A stretch of 52,894 nucleotides of DNA, taken from NCBI GenBank assembly GCA_904063045.1, contig CAJFCJ010000079.1, positions 1 through 52,894 of the forward strand, written 5' to 3'. The stretch comes from Dimorphilus gyrociliatus. Taxonomy: Eukaryota; Animalia; Annelida. The position numbers and the translations under genes are program-made. Below the pieces are notes generated by a model that saw only the letters and a list, made by a program, of their open reading frames with translations, made no database searches and was not told where the DNA came from. Shown here piece by piece: positions 11,948 through 24,900 of this stretch (position 1 is the stretch's first letter; each line of letters starts with the position of its first letter).

Positions 11948-13314
11948 TCATAATATCACTTCAATACTAAACTCCTCAAGCCTTTTCTGCTTGTCAGTAA
12001 CTTCACTACTTAAGTTTATGTTATTTTTTTTTAAATTTAAGTATTTTAACTCATCAAAGTCAAATATATAATTGAAAATAGACTCGTCAAGTTTATTATT
12101 CTCTAGAACTAGTCTTTCCAACCTAGAATGTGATGTCAAAGGTAGTATAGAATTAACTTCTAATTCACATCCTATTAAACTTAGTTCTTTCAAGCTAGTA
12201 ATTTTTGAAATCACTATAACTTCGTACTCGCTTATGTTATTATAGTTTTCGATATGTAGATGCTGTAAACGTGTAAGTTTATGTAAATCTAATAAACTAT
12301 ATTTTTTTAGATTCATATCATATAAAAACAAAGTATCTAAGTGTTTTAATCTACATATTGCACGTAGATCATCAAAACTTAAATTCTTTTCATGGGATAT
12401 ATTTAGACATTTTAGGTTAACTAAATTTTCAATTCCAATCAGACTTTTTTCTTGTAATTGACACTCATAAAATCTCAAAGTTACTAGGTTTTTCAATTTC
12501 AAAATGTATTCACAGTTTTTAATATTTATTGAAGAACATAATACGAAATCTAAATCTTCTAGATTTCTATTTTTTTGTATATTGGCCATATCATATTTTT
12601 TCTCTAGTTTGATCTCATTTAATTCAATATTAGTAAGGTTGTTTAATTTATTAAATATCAAGTCTAAATCTTTACTAGTTAGTCCTTCAGAACCGTGGAA
12701 GCTTAATTCCTCTAAAGTGGTAATATTAGTGATATATTCAACATAAACAGACTTCATTTTATTATAATGAATAAACAACATTTCAAATTTTTTAACTGTG
12801 ATAATGATTTATAATCTTCTACTGATAGTTTTTTATTGTTACTTATATCTAAAAAAGTAAGGCTTTGTAGATTGGAAATATTCTTAAGTGATCCTCCTTT
12901 TAGATTACAATTTATAAGGCTTAAAGATGTTAGACTTTTTAGTGATAGAATGTTATTAATATCATTCATCGTTAAGTTGGTAGTACCACTCAAACATAAT
13001 ATATTCAATTTTGTGAACTTATTAATCTTCATAAAGGTGTCTGGAAATATGGAAATATTGGATAAGTCGAGAGATTCTAGTTCGTAAAATGCTTCTTCAT
13101 TTTTTTCGTATTTCCTCATATCTAATTGATTAGTCTTTAAACAAATCTTCAATAAAAACTCAAGACTATCTTTTTCTGTTTCACCTTTCTTGCCGGATAA
13201 CTTTTTATCTGATGTATGAAATGAAAGAGGATTACTTCTTGCACATTGGATGAACTCTAATAAACATAGTAAAGATGCAATGACTTTATAACACTTTATG
13301 TAATCCATAAACAT
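11948..13314 (-). CDS. Secreted leucine-rich repeat protein (about 455 aa), split by one frameshift
   Basis: ORFs 12754..13314 and 11948..12781 overlap and join if one A is added at TTGAAA^TGTTG (about 12780). There is a signal-peptide-like N-terminus (VIASLLCLLEFIQCA) and LxxLxLxxNxL/C repeats throughout. Confidence 0.85.
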
Positions 13315-14581
13315 ATGGTTTATAAAAAATAAATATATTTATAGAGCTGTATACGTGTCTATTCTTTTTTTGTATTTTTGTTCTCTTAGTATTGAATACA
13401 ATTATTATTAGTGTAGATATCATTTTTATAATAACTTTAATGGCATGTTTTATTGATTAAAATATTTCTTAGCTCTTTTCCAAAAATAGAATTTCTATTT
13501 TAAGGACTATTTCTGATTTTTCATAAATGTAAATAAAACTTTAAATTCTTAATTGTTTAGAATAATTTTATAACATCATCTAATAAATAACGAAATTATA
13601 GAAAGTAAATTCTATACTTAATTATTCTACTACAAATTATATGGTTAGAAACTCATTTATATTATTTATTGCTATTATCTATCCTCACATAGTCTTTTTA
13701 TAACAAACACTATAACATTAAGAAGAAGATTAAATTAACTTAACAATTCTATTACTTTAAAAGCATTAACACAATAAAAAGTAGATAATTCATAGTTTAT
13801 CCACTTTTTGACGATATAGAAATAATTGATTTACCGAAATAAATATAATAAATAAATAAAAATTTGTATATAAATTAGAACTATTGTGTTATAAATTATT
13901 ATAACAATGAACTTGTAACATTAAGTTCTTACTTTATATTCTAAAAAGTGCCCCCTACTTATAGACTAACAATTAGAGGATCGTGATTCTTATATATATT
14001 TTAGTTCACATCTTTTAATCTGAATCTAAACACCTAAAACAATCATCTTATAAGTGAAAGATATTCGTAGTTAAACTAAGTCTGAATGATTTTTATGAAG
14101 TACTATCACTATTGATAGACTTTGTCACAATAAATTTCTAATATCTATAATTCTGCAGCAAATCAAGCTTTCAATTATAAATTAACATAAAAGACTAAAT
14201 TTTTTTTATTGTGAATTCAGATTTTACAAGTCTTCAAGAGTGTATTATAAAAGTTTATCTTAATTATTTGGTCCTATTTTTATCTGTTTTATAATATTCA
14301 AATGGTTTGCTTCTATTCTTTAAGGTTAGATTGTTCTTAAAAAATATTCAATGAAAGTGGTAAATCATAAATAAATAATGACTTCTGTTAATTTTTACTT
14401 TACTAACCAAAGTATTTTAATAGCTAAATCATACTCTATAGAAACAAAAAAGAAAGAGTATGTTCATAAATCCTGTCCTATTTAATATTGAAATATATGG
14501 GGAGATTTCACTAGCATAAAATGTGTTTTTCATAGAGAAAAGTATAAACTAATGTGTATTAGATAAGTGTATGAAAAAGAA

Positions 14582-15618
14582 TTAATAAAAAAACAAATCG
14601 TATTTTTTATAGTAAACGTCAAAAATGTTCTCTTTTTCATAGTTTTTCTGAAAATTTACACCATCGCCTATTGAAGTAAAAGTAGGTAATAAAGCCTTCC
14701 ATTTACTTATCCCAAATACCTGTCTTATATTATCTTTCAATCCAAGATTTTAATTATTCAAAACTCTCCTATCACTAATGTAAACTTGACTAAGGATAGC
14801 TCCTTCTTGAAAAACAGATATCTTACTTAAATCTCCTTCCAAATAGGAATTCAAGGCATGATATTCTATCAATGTTTCATTATTAGATAATAAATATAAA
14901 TGAAATATCAGTAAAGACACTACAATAAATAATTCTATACCACTTAATGATAAAACAACAATATAATTTACTAGTTTTTCGTTATCTAAAGATACAATAA
15001 GGAAGTCTATAAAAAAAATTGTAATTTTAAAAACATCAGCTACTAAAGTAGCTAATAATAACACAAGAGAGTATTTATAATTAACAAAGTTAATACAAAC
15101 ACCAAACCATACACAATGATGATCCATTTTAAAGAAACATCGATCACATATAGAACAATGATGACTTCTGGGTGGTTTATAATTTTTACAACGACCACAT
15201 ATTCTATTTTTTCTTTTTGTTCTCATTTCTATTTCTTCTCTTATTATAGAGTTGAATTCATCGTAATTGTTATTTTCCTCTTGTACTTGAACATAAGGAT
15301 ATCTATCAATAGTTGAAGAGTCTTTTTGAATGTTAATTTTTAAATAAAGTATTAAAATGTATAAAATTAATGTTTGATAAAAAATCAATTCAATTATTGA
15401 AATTACATTTCTTAACCCCCAAATGTCTAAAATATGAATACTGATAAATGTATAATAACAATAGATTGTCTTTGCTGGATATAGAATTATTAGAAACAGG
15501 TTTAATTTTTTTAGAAAAGTATTTAATTTTATAAAATTTGTTTATTTAAAAATCTTTTATAAAAAAATATGAAACAATTGAAAAAGCGTTTTATAAGATT
15601 TTCACGATTTAAAATCAT
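14582..15618 (-). CDS. DHHC (zf-DHHC) protein S-palmitoyltransferase, with a premature in-frame TAA and a probable 5' frameshift
   Basis: ORF 14750..15388 contains CGRCKNYKPPRSHHCSICDRCFFKMDHHCVWFG (DHHC-CRD) and TM helices. The same frame continues past TAA (14750-14752) as NLGLKDNIRQVFG...LPTFTSIGDGVNF to a stop at 14582. The frame extends upstream to about 15545, and the candidate ATG at 15618 is in another frame (start uncertain). Confidence 0.85.
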
Positions 15619-17301
15619 TTTTGAATAATAGAAAGAACTTTAAATACCTTTATCAGTTTCATAAAATCAATGTTTAAAGATACTCAACAGTTTGAATTCT
15701 AATAATTAGAAATTTTAGATTAATTTATTTATCAAAAAAAAAATGTAATTGAATTAAAATATAAGTTTATGTTCTAATAATAAGGAATAATACCAGTATT
15801 CATTTATTATATAATAGAAAACAAATTGGTGGAATATATATTTATTTCTTATATTATAGTAAAACCAGAACTCGTCTAAGCTAAATATACAAATGAATTA
15901 TTAACTAAATCATTTATACTAAAATACATTTTATATTTTAATATAGTCATTCAGAGCCAATTTACGATTTTTTACTTAATAGAACTAATAAATAAGCTTT
16001 TGCTATATTTTATTAATGTATGATTGAATAATTTCTGTTTCTATTCAAAGAATTCTTATTTATTTAGCATAATAAATGTTAAGAATACCTTTTAAAGATT
16101 TTATTAATCTACTAAAAATTATATAGAAGAATATATTTTAATATACAAAATAAAGATTACTATAAAAGCTAAAATAGAATCTCATATAATTTTTGTATGT
16201 GGTAATTAAAAATTTCAAAAAAAAAATAGGAATTTATTTTAAAAATGTTAAATAATACAAACATTTTAGTGTGGTTAATTTAAAACTTTGTATAAAAACA
16301 GAAAAATATCGAAAAAATAAATTATTTTATAATATTTTATCAAACTCACAATTTATAAATGAAATTTAATAGTTTTATTAAAGCAATGCTTTTAAGGTTA
16401 AATAATTTAAGTAAAACTCGTAAATATACTACAAACAATCAATTATAAAAAATTTGATTAATTCTAGTCTATTGATTGTACTTAGTGTCAACAACTTTTA
16501 AATATTAATGAAACTTAAAATCTAATTAAAAAAATCTTAATTATGAATTTATTAAGATTGGTTTAATCTACAACTGAAATAGTATATTATTATTAATTCG
16601 TTAAAAACTTAAATTTTATAAGAACAATGTATTTACATTTTGTTTATTTATAAAACTAAATCTGTATATACTATTTAATAATTGATAAGTTTTGATTTTT
16701 TTGCTCAACTAGATTATCAAAGACATATTTATTGTTATTATTATGTAAACTTTGTCATATGCTATTTATGAAGACAAAGTTCCTAAAATATAATTCAATA
16801 TCATAAAAGTAACAAATAATATACATTTGTTTTAGTACACTGCTTATAAATTCAAACAACTTCAGAAAACTAAAGGTGGCTAACGTCGTAAGTCATGTCA
16901 GTTCAAATTTCTATCTAAAATTTAAACCTTATAATTCATTTAATCTCTTTAATAATGTACTCTTAAATACCTTATGACCAGCTGGATGAAGAAGAAAAAT
17001 AACGATGAAAGATAGAAAAATAAAAAACCACACAGATCCCCTTATTAATAAATTAACGAGGCACGTAATTAATTGATAGATGAGTAACAGTTTACTGATA
17101 TAAACACAATGTAATGGTGATACTCCTCTAGAGTATTAATTAGGATTTTATTATCATAGTCATCTATTTTTTAAATTATAAAATAAAAATAATATTATTA
17201 TAAGCTAAACATTTTATTCATATTTTATTAGATAAAATTAATGTTAAAGAAATCCACTTTATTAAAACAACCAAAACATGGATGTTATAGTCGCTCCTAA
17301 T

Positions 17302-18646
17302 TTATAATTTAACCTCAATACCATGTTCTTTACATATTTTAGCTTATTTTTATTTCATCAGTCCGTTTAATACCACAATAATCGATACTTAAGTATTTTA
17401 AGTTTTCAAAGTCTAGTACATAATCAAATAAGATGGTCCAAAGTTGTTACCTCCTATCCATAACTCCTCTAATCTATTAAGAGATGTCAAAACTCGAATA
17501 GATTCTAATTTTATTTTAGAATCTGTGAGTGCTAAGGTTTTTAAGTTAGTCATTTTAGAGATCATCGTTATTTCATATTCACTTATAACTGGATAGTTAC
17601 GAATATTAAACTTGTAATTTTGTAAGCTTATGTAAATCCAGTAAACTATTTTTTTGTAAATCCATATCATATAAATATAACCTTTCTAAGTTTTTTAATT
17701 TAAAACTGAACGTAAATCATCAATAACTAGGTTCTTATTACGACTTATACTTAAGCGTTTTAAATTTACAAGTTTTTTCAATTCCTATTAGACTTTTTTC
17801 TTGTAATTGACAATCTATTAAACTTAATCTTTCTAAGTTTACTAAATTTAAAATATATCTTAAATTTTCTGTTGTTATAGGTGCACAAGACTAAAACATA
17901 AAGTTTTCAACTCAGCATTTTCTCTATATTCGATATATTATATCCTTCTTGATTTTAATCCATAAAACTTAAATAGGAGAGTTTATTTAATTATTAAATA
18001 TCATGTCTGAATCGTGTGTAGTTAGACCTGTAGATTGGTATAGATCTATCCCTTCTAGAGAATTAATATTGGTGATGTATTCAATAAAAATACTGTTCAT
18101 TTTATTAAAGCAGAAGATAACTTTTCTAACTTCTTAAGATTTGATATTGATTGATAATCTTCAGCTGATATTTTTCATTCTTATCTATTTTAATACACTA
18201 AATTTTTAAATTCGAAATATTTTAAGCATTCCTGCTTTTAGATTACAGTTTTTAAATACAGATTTGTAGATTTTTTTAATAATAGAATACTATTTATTTC
18301 ATTAGAAGTTAAGTTTTTGTTTCCTTCTAATACCAGCATTTTCAGTTCTGTTAAATCATGAATACTTATAAAAGTATTTGGTCGTGTTTAAAGTGGCGTA
18401 AATCAGATTTTTAATGCATAAAATGCCTGTTATTTTTTTCATCTTCTTTAATGCTCAGTTGTTGGTTCTCAAACATATATCTATAGCTTTCTATACTATT
18501 ATTTGATGTTTTTTTCTTATTGAATGAACTTTTATCTGAAACATGAATGAAGGTGGTACTCCTCCTTCAGCACAATTAAATGTCTTATTTGATATGATAT
18601 AATTGCAACAAGAATAAATACTTTGATCATCTTTAGCATATGGCAT
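17302..18646 (-). pseudogene. Decayed paralogue of the LRR gene at 11948-13314
   Basis: Segments align with that gene: FISIHDLTELKMLVLEGNKNLTSNEINSIL vs FMKINKFTKLNILCLSGTTNLTMNDINNIL; MNSIFIEYITNINSL vs MKSVYVEYITNITTL; C-terminal EHGIEVKL* vs EEFSIEVIL*. It carries many frameshifts and stops. Confidence 0.85.
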
Positions 18647-21000
18647 AATTTTTTAAAAATATTTAAAGTATCTTTTAGTAAAAACACGTGTCAATTTTAT
18701 ATACTACAATAGAATATTTATCTTTTTCGAATTTAACCATAAAATTTGATATTTATCATTATAGGAAAAAGTGAATTACATTAATTTAAAAAAAATTATA
18801 CCTATCAAATTAATGAAACTATAAAAATTGCTTGGAAATTTCAATATATAGATAATTGATCGCTTTCTATATAAAGATGCTGATTGAAAATTTATATGTT
18901 ATACGTTATAATTGGATCTTAATTAACTTTACAATTTCTATAAAAAAATAATTCTCTAATTTTAGGTTTTTTTTGTAATAAAAACAGGTATCCTGTTTAT
19001 TTATTTTATTGTAAATAGGACATATTAAAACTCAAATACTCACAAAAGACTTGTTTAGACATATTTTCGTCATGTTTGATTTGATGGTTTACTTTTCAGT
19101 AATAAAATAATTATTAAGTAAATTAAAAGAGACATAATAAACAATTATAGCATTTAGCTACGATTAAAATAAAATGGGACTCTTCTTTTTTATAAAAGTA
19201 ATGGAAAAAGATATACTTTGATCCTAATAAGCAAATTCACTAACATAAAAAACACGTAATACCATGGAAAAACTAAACATTTATCATTTTAATCAAAATG
19301 TGTAAATCTTGGTGTTAAACCCCACTTAAGAGTGTTCTTCTATACTGATTTTATATATTAAAAGTTTATATTTCTTATGTCTGAACATATCAGTGGTAGA
19401 AAACACTGCTGGTATTTGCATATTCAAAGAGTGGCAATAACTGCAATTTTATTGCTATTTAAAAAAATATAGAGTTTATTAATACAAAGTATAGATAATC
19501 AATAAATAGTGGCACCTTGGATTCGAAAGTATTACTTTGAAAGAAATTCTAGTATTTGAGATTTTATTAGAGGTGTATGAAATTTAAACAGTAGAAAAAC
19601 ATATCGCATATCCTTGGAAGTTTTGAAGAAATAATAATTTTTAATATTTTTTATCTGAACCATATGTATCAAGGGTACTTTGAAGTTTATATTAATGACT
19701 GGTATAGGTAAACAATTGGGCAGATTAACACTAAAATTCTTAAGAATGATTAAGGATACTTCAAAGACTATATTAATAAATACAATCTTTTTAATAATGA
19801 TAAATAATATATATAAAGTGTTATAAAATTGTATGACATTATACTACAAACCATAATAATAAATAATAAACACAGCGATGGAATCATACAGTATAAAATA
19901 AAATACCAGGTAGAAGTACAGAAATATTAACTCTTATTGGGATACAATGATTGGAACAACATAAAAATGAGTTTTGGCTCAAAACACATATCGAAGGTTA
20001 TAGACAACTAATTATATGCTATAAACATTGAAAGTTAGAATCTCCTGTCCGTAACTTGGATGAAAATATGATATAGTATGTGTGGAAATACATAAACAGC
20101 TGTTTATTCAAAAAAGAAAAGTGTAAAATAATAAAGTCTATTACTCAAGAGATGGTCGCTCATATATAATAAGATTTACATAATAACATAAGCTAAATCC
20201 CAGTCCAAGGGAATACAAAGGGAATAGCAAAGTTTATAACCAGAGGTTCTTAACACTGCTTTTTATAATATTATAAAAATAAAGAAAAACTGGTTGTTTC
20301 TATGATTAATTGTTTATTTATTTATATTATTATCATAATTAGATTAAAAATGTTCTATATACAATTACAAACGTCAAACTTTTAAGATAAATAGGACCCT
20401 TAATAAAGTATACTATAAATTATTGATTTATGTTCAAAAACATATACAATATAATAGGATTTGATCAAAAATTTGTTTATTTATTTATTTATCCACTAAT
20501 AATAATATTTCTAAATAGAAATATACCTTAATACGAGTGATTTATAGATTCTATATACTTTACATAATAAATCTAATTAGAAAAGAATTTAAACTAAAAT
20601 TTGATTTTTAAATATTTCTACAAGTTTAATATCATTATTCACAACAAACATATAAACTATACATGGTTTGAAAGTATAAGTCTTAATATAACTTCTTCGC
20701 TTTTTTTATTATTATTATGTTTCTTGGCATTTGGAAAGAGACGAGTACTCTTATCAATTCTAAATAGACTCTATTTTGTTGTTAAAGCCTCAAAAAGTTC
20801 ATTATTGTTTAGTTTGATGGTTCGTATTTATGAAGTTCTTTGTCTTTTAATGTTTATTTATTTTCTGTTTTGGAAGTGAATTTTAAATTCGCCTATTTAT
20901 TCCTTTTATACAGTTTCATTATAGGTTTTTCGGGGCTGGTTTGAAATTCTGCCTACCTTAGGGTAGGCAGAATTTCAAACCAAAGCACTTTTTTATTTTT

Positions 21001-21016
21001 ATTTTATTGCCCCTTA
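21001..21016 (+). promoter_or_regulatory. Microsporidian-type CCC start-proximal motif
   Basis: ATTTTATTGCCCCTTA immediately before the ATG at 21017. CCC motifs just upstream of start codons are an established microsporidian transcription signal. Confidence 0.6.
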
Positions 21017-21913
21017 ATGAATAATTTTAATATGGATGATTTATATTTTAGAAATAATAGTGAACTAATTGACTTTTTTGTTGATAATCATATTTTGTCG
21101 ATCTCTAAAGATTGCATATGTGGTAATGATATGAAGCTTATCCCAGTTTCTTCTGTTACTGGTACAAAATTAATCTTTAGATGTAAAAAGAAAGGTTGTC
21201 AAAAAAGAAAAGGTTTAATATCTTTTAATATTGACTTTAGTAAGATGCTTCGAATATTATATCGCCTTATGTCGTCATCTACATATAGAGATGTACAAAG
21301 GGAATATGATGTTTCTAAAAGTACTGTTTGGGCTATCAAAAAAGCCCTAGAAGGTGTATATCACAATCACCTTGAACAGTATCCTAAAGCTATTGGTGGA
21401 CCTGGTGTTATTGTTCAAATAGATGAGACATGTATATGTAGAAAGAAAAAGATTTTACTACCAACAAGTACTCCTGATGATATAAAGGACACTGTTTGGG
21501 TAATAGGAGCCATGGAAGAATCTGGCCATCAAAATTTTATACTATGTAATATTCCAAATAGGAAAATCAATACACTTTCGAGCATTTTAGAAGGAAAGAT
21601 AAGGGTAGGAAGTATATTAAGAAGTGATGGTCATCCATCTTATCCTGGTGTTGCTAGAAACTTGGGGCTTATACACCAGAAGGTTGATCATGACAATGGA
21701 TTTAAGTCTATTGATGGAGTACACACGAACAACATTGAGGCTCTTTGGTCAAACTTAAAAAGATGTCTTAGGAATGAAAATGGAGTTATGAGAAGTAATC
21801 TAGAACATTGGATAAAGACTTACACTTTCAAAAAAAGATATTTATTTAATGCAACAAATGAGGAATTTAATTCTATTTTTATTGAAATATGTAAGAAATT
21901 TTTTAATAAATAA
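21017..21913 (+). CDS. Merlin/ISXO2-like DDE transposase (DDE_Tnp_IS1595-type), 298 aa
   Basis: Motifs GGPGVIVQIDET, WVIGAME, ILRSDG, KVDH and GVHTNNIEALWSNLK, plus an N-terminal Cys cluster (CICG...FRCKKKGC). Confidence 0.95.
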   Translation: MNNFNMDDLYFRNNSELIDFFVDNHILSISKDCICGNDMKLIPVSSVTGTKLIFRCKKKGCQKRKGLISFNIDFSKMLRILYRLMSSSTYRDVQREYDVSKSTVWAIKKALEGVYHNHLEQYPKAIGGPGVIVQIDETCICRKKKILLPTSTPDDIKDTVWVIGAMEESGHQNFILCNIPNRKINTLSSILEGKIRVGSILRSDGHPSYPGVARNLGLIHQKVDHDNGFKSIDGVHTNNIEALWSNLKRCLRNENGVMRSNLEHWIKTYTFKKRYLFNATNEEFNSIFIEICKKFFNK

Positions 21914-24900
21914 TTTTTAATAAATAATTTTTTAAAAAAAAATTTAAAACATAGGTAGGTACATAGGTACCTACCTTAGGTCGAAAAGTACACAAGGGTA
22001 CTACCTTATGGTAGGCAGAATTTCAAACCAGCCCCGGTTTTTCTATAAAAGCTTCAAAATTTGTTTTTTTGATAATGTTAACCTCTATCTCAAGTTTTTT
22101 ATTTATGTATTCTTTTCTAAACCTTAACACTTGTTTTATTTTCTGTTGTAATATTCTGTTCATCATTAAATTGTCCAAGTTTTTTACTTATATACTCTTT
22201 TTAAATATCTACTTTTGTGATGCTATCTGTCTCTTTAATATGTATAAGTTGTATTATTAATATTTATTTATTTAGTTTGTTGGATTATTGTGTTTCGTTT
22301 GTAATAAATAATAATACCTTAATAATTATATTTTTTAGAATTTTTATATTTGTTATTGTTTATATTTATATTTATAGTATTTTCTGAATATAAAACTTCT
22401 TAATCTATCATAAATTTCTGTTGATCATAAAAATTAACCTCACTATTGCTAAGCTTAAATATTAATTTATTTTCAATAAAGTTTATAGTTAGTTTTTATT
22501 ATACTTGATTTACAAATAGACCTTTATTTATCAGAAGAAAGTTTTTAACATAAATGAATCTGAATAAATAATATTATTTAACATAAATTTAATAAACAAG
22601 TCATATTTACTGTATCAATTATTTGTATTCACATTTTAAGAATTTTTAATTCATCAGAACGTTTATTGCTTTTCTTTTTTATTATCTTTCTTGAATTAAT
22701 TTTATTATTAAATACAATAATTAACTATTCATATAAATGTTTATAGAAAAGTTCTTAAAGCTAATTTTAAATACTCTTTTTATTTTTTATTGAATTTACA
22801 TTAATCAAGCCTTATAATTAGAATATAATTTTTATTAAATTCTAATATTTAATCTAATTCCTCTTATTTTAGATCCATTCAGTTTTATATAAATAAAATG
22901 TCAGTATTATATACTTTTTTAGTATTTAGGTAGATCGATAATGCTTTTAATTATTGAATATAAGTTTGATTAAATCTATCTATCTTTGTCAAATACAAAT
23001 TCAATCTAAGTTTAATAATTCTATTTTACTAAAAGGGTTGTTTATATATTTTTGTGTGTAATATAAAGTAATCTTCAAACTTTTATTTTACTTCATTTTG
23101 TTTTATTTATCTACTATTCATATTTATTTAAATATATTTATTTATTTACTATTTAATTTTAATTATTTATTTATATATTTTATATTACAGTTCTATTTTC
23201 TTGAATTTCTTAATATTATATTGTAGTTAGATAAATTCTTCTTTATAAATTCATGACATTTAATTCTTCTAATAACTTTTTTATTTATTTAATTAGTAAT
23301 TTAATTAATTATTACTGTATTACTATAAAGTTTAATATATCATTGATTAATATATTATACTGTAGCTTTTTATCTATTATTATCAAAATACTTTACTATA
23401 TAAATTTCTTATAAGTTTATACATTTCAAATGTGATTAGAAATTATTGTATTGTTAGAAATGTATCTTTTGATATATAACTATAATCTTATTCAAAAAAA
23501 TATATATTATAGGGTAATCTTTTTCTACGTTATATCAAAATCATTTAAAGTCTTAATCTCAAGTAACATAAATTGATTGAAACTATAAACTCTTGTTATT
23601 ATAAAATAGGATGTTTTTTAAAGAATTTTATATCAATTGAGTTTGAAAAAGGATGCCTTCTGGTTTATATTGATCAAAACCTTCCCTCATAGTTTTCTTT
23701 TTCTTATTTAAATTTATAATACTTTTAATTCAATTTTACTTGAAAACGAGGTTTTAAGGTAGAATCTTTTAATATGAATTAATAGAAGTATCCTGTATTC
23801 AAATAGTAAAGCTGCTATTAATGATTTTTTCTATTAAATCATAATTCAAAAGAATAAGATTATGAATTTTTACAAAAAAGGGTCTACCTATTCCATTTTT
23901 AACTTTTAAATAAATTTATTATTTTATTTTATTTCAAGAACAATTAATCTAGGACAAAAACTCAGCAAAATAAGATAGTTGTTATATAAAATATTTAACA
24001 ATATAAGTTTTTTTAAATTTATCACAACAAAAATCATTTCATTGTTTGCTTTAATCTAGAATTACTATTAATATACAATAAATTAAAATATTTCATAAGA
24101 TATACTATCCTAGTAAAATATTTTACAGACAAGAAATATGTTTTTTTTGATATTATTATTGGTAGTAATCATAAGTTATTTCTAAAAGAATGTTTAATTT
24201 TTTTAGACAAAAACAATTTAACAATAAAACCTTCATTTTAGTGATATAGTATATGATTTTTTAAAGCTTTAGTCTATTAAGATTTTAAGAGTGTATTAAA
24301 TCAATATTGCTTAAGTTAGGTTTTTCTATAATATAATTTATTTTTTATTTTTTTATAATCCATAAAATTTATATTTAGACTCTTCTTTTTGTTCATTTAT
24401 TATTTAAATCAAAATTCAATTTTTTAATTCAAACTTTTTTTTCTTATCTTCTATAAGTATTATTATAAGAGTTGATTATAATTTAATGGACTATTTTCTT
24501 GTATTTAATTAAAATACAGCTTTTTTGAATTTATAAACAATTTTACTCTCTTTTTTGAAAATAAATTATAAATTTTATTAAATAGTCATTTCTAGCTTTT
24601 ATAATTATATATCTTATATAAATATTTCCTGAAAATAAATTATGATTTATATTAAATAATCATTTTAAATTCATAAATAGTTATAATACTTTCTATAGAA
24701 TACTCTCTTAATATAAGTTATAAATTTTATTAAATAATCATTATTTATTTATTTATTTAAACTTTAAATTCTACTTCTTTTTAGAATAAAACAAAATTTG
24801 AGATTTAACTATTTATTTATTTGGTCAATAAATCTATGTTTGTATTTCTCTACTTTTATATTTTAAATAAATACTAATAGCTGCTTTTCTAAGTGTATTT

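Larger units (their letters stand above)
20932..22035 (+). mobile_element. Intact Merlin (IS1016/ISXO2-like) DNA transposon, 1104 bp
   Basis: 26-bp perfect TIR GGGGCTGGTTTGAAATTCTGCCTACC, 8-bp TSD GGTTTTTC (20924-20931 and 22036-22043), and an uninterrupted transposase ORF. Confidence 0.95.

Noticed and set aside
12504-13087. Plus-strand ORFs 12504..12746 and 12836..13087
   Set aside because: They are antisense shadows of the LRR gene. The same applies to 15116..15316, 28947..29189, 38372..38758, 39893..40144, 43959..44225, 47633..47863 and other short ORFs opposite recognised genes.
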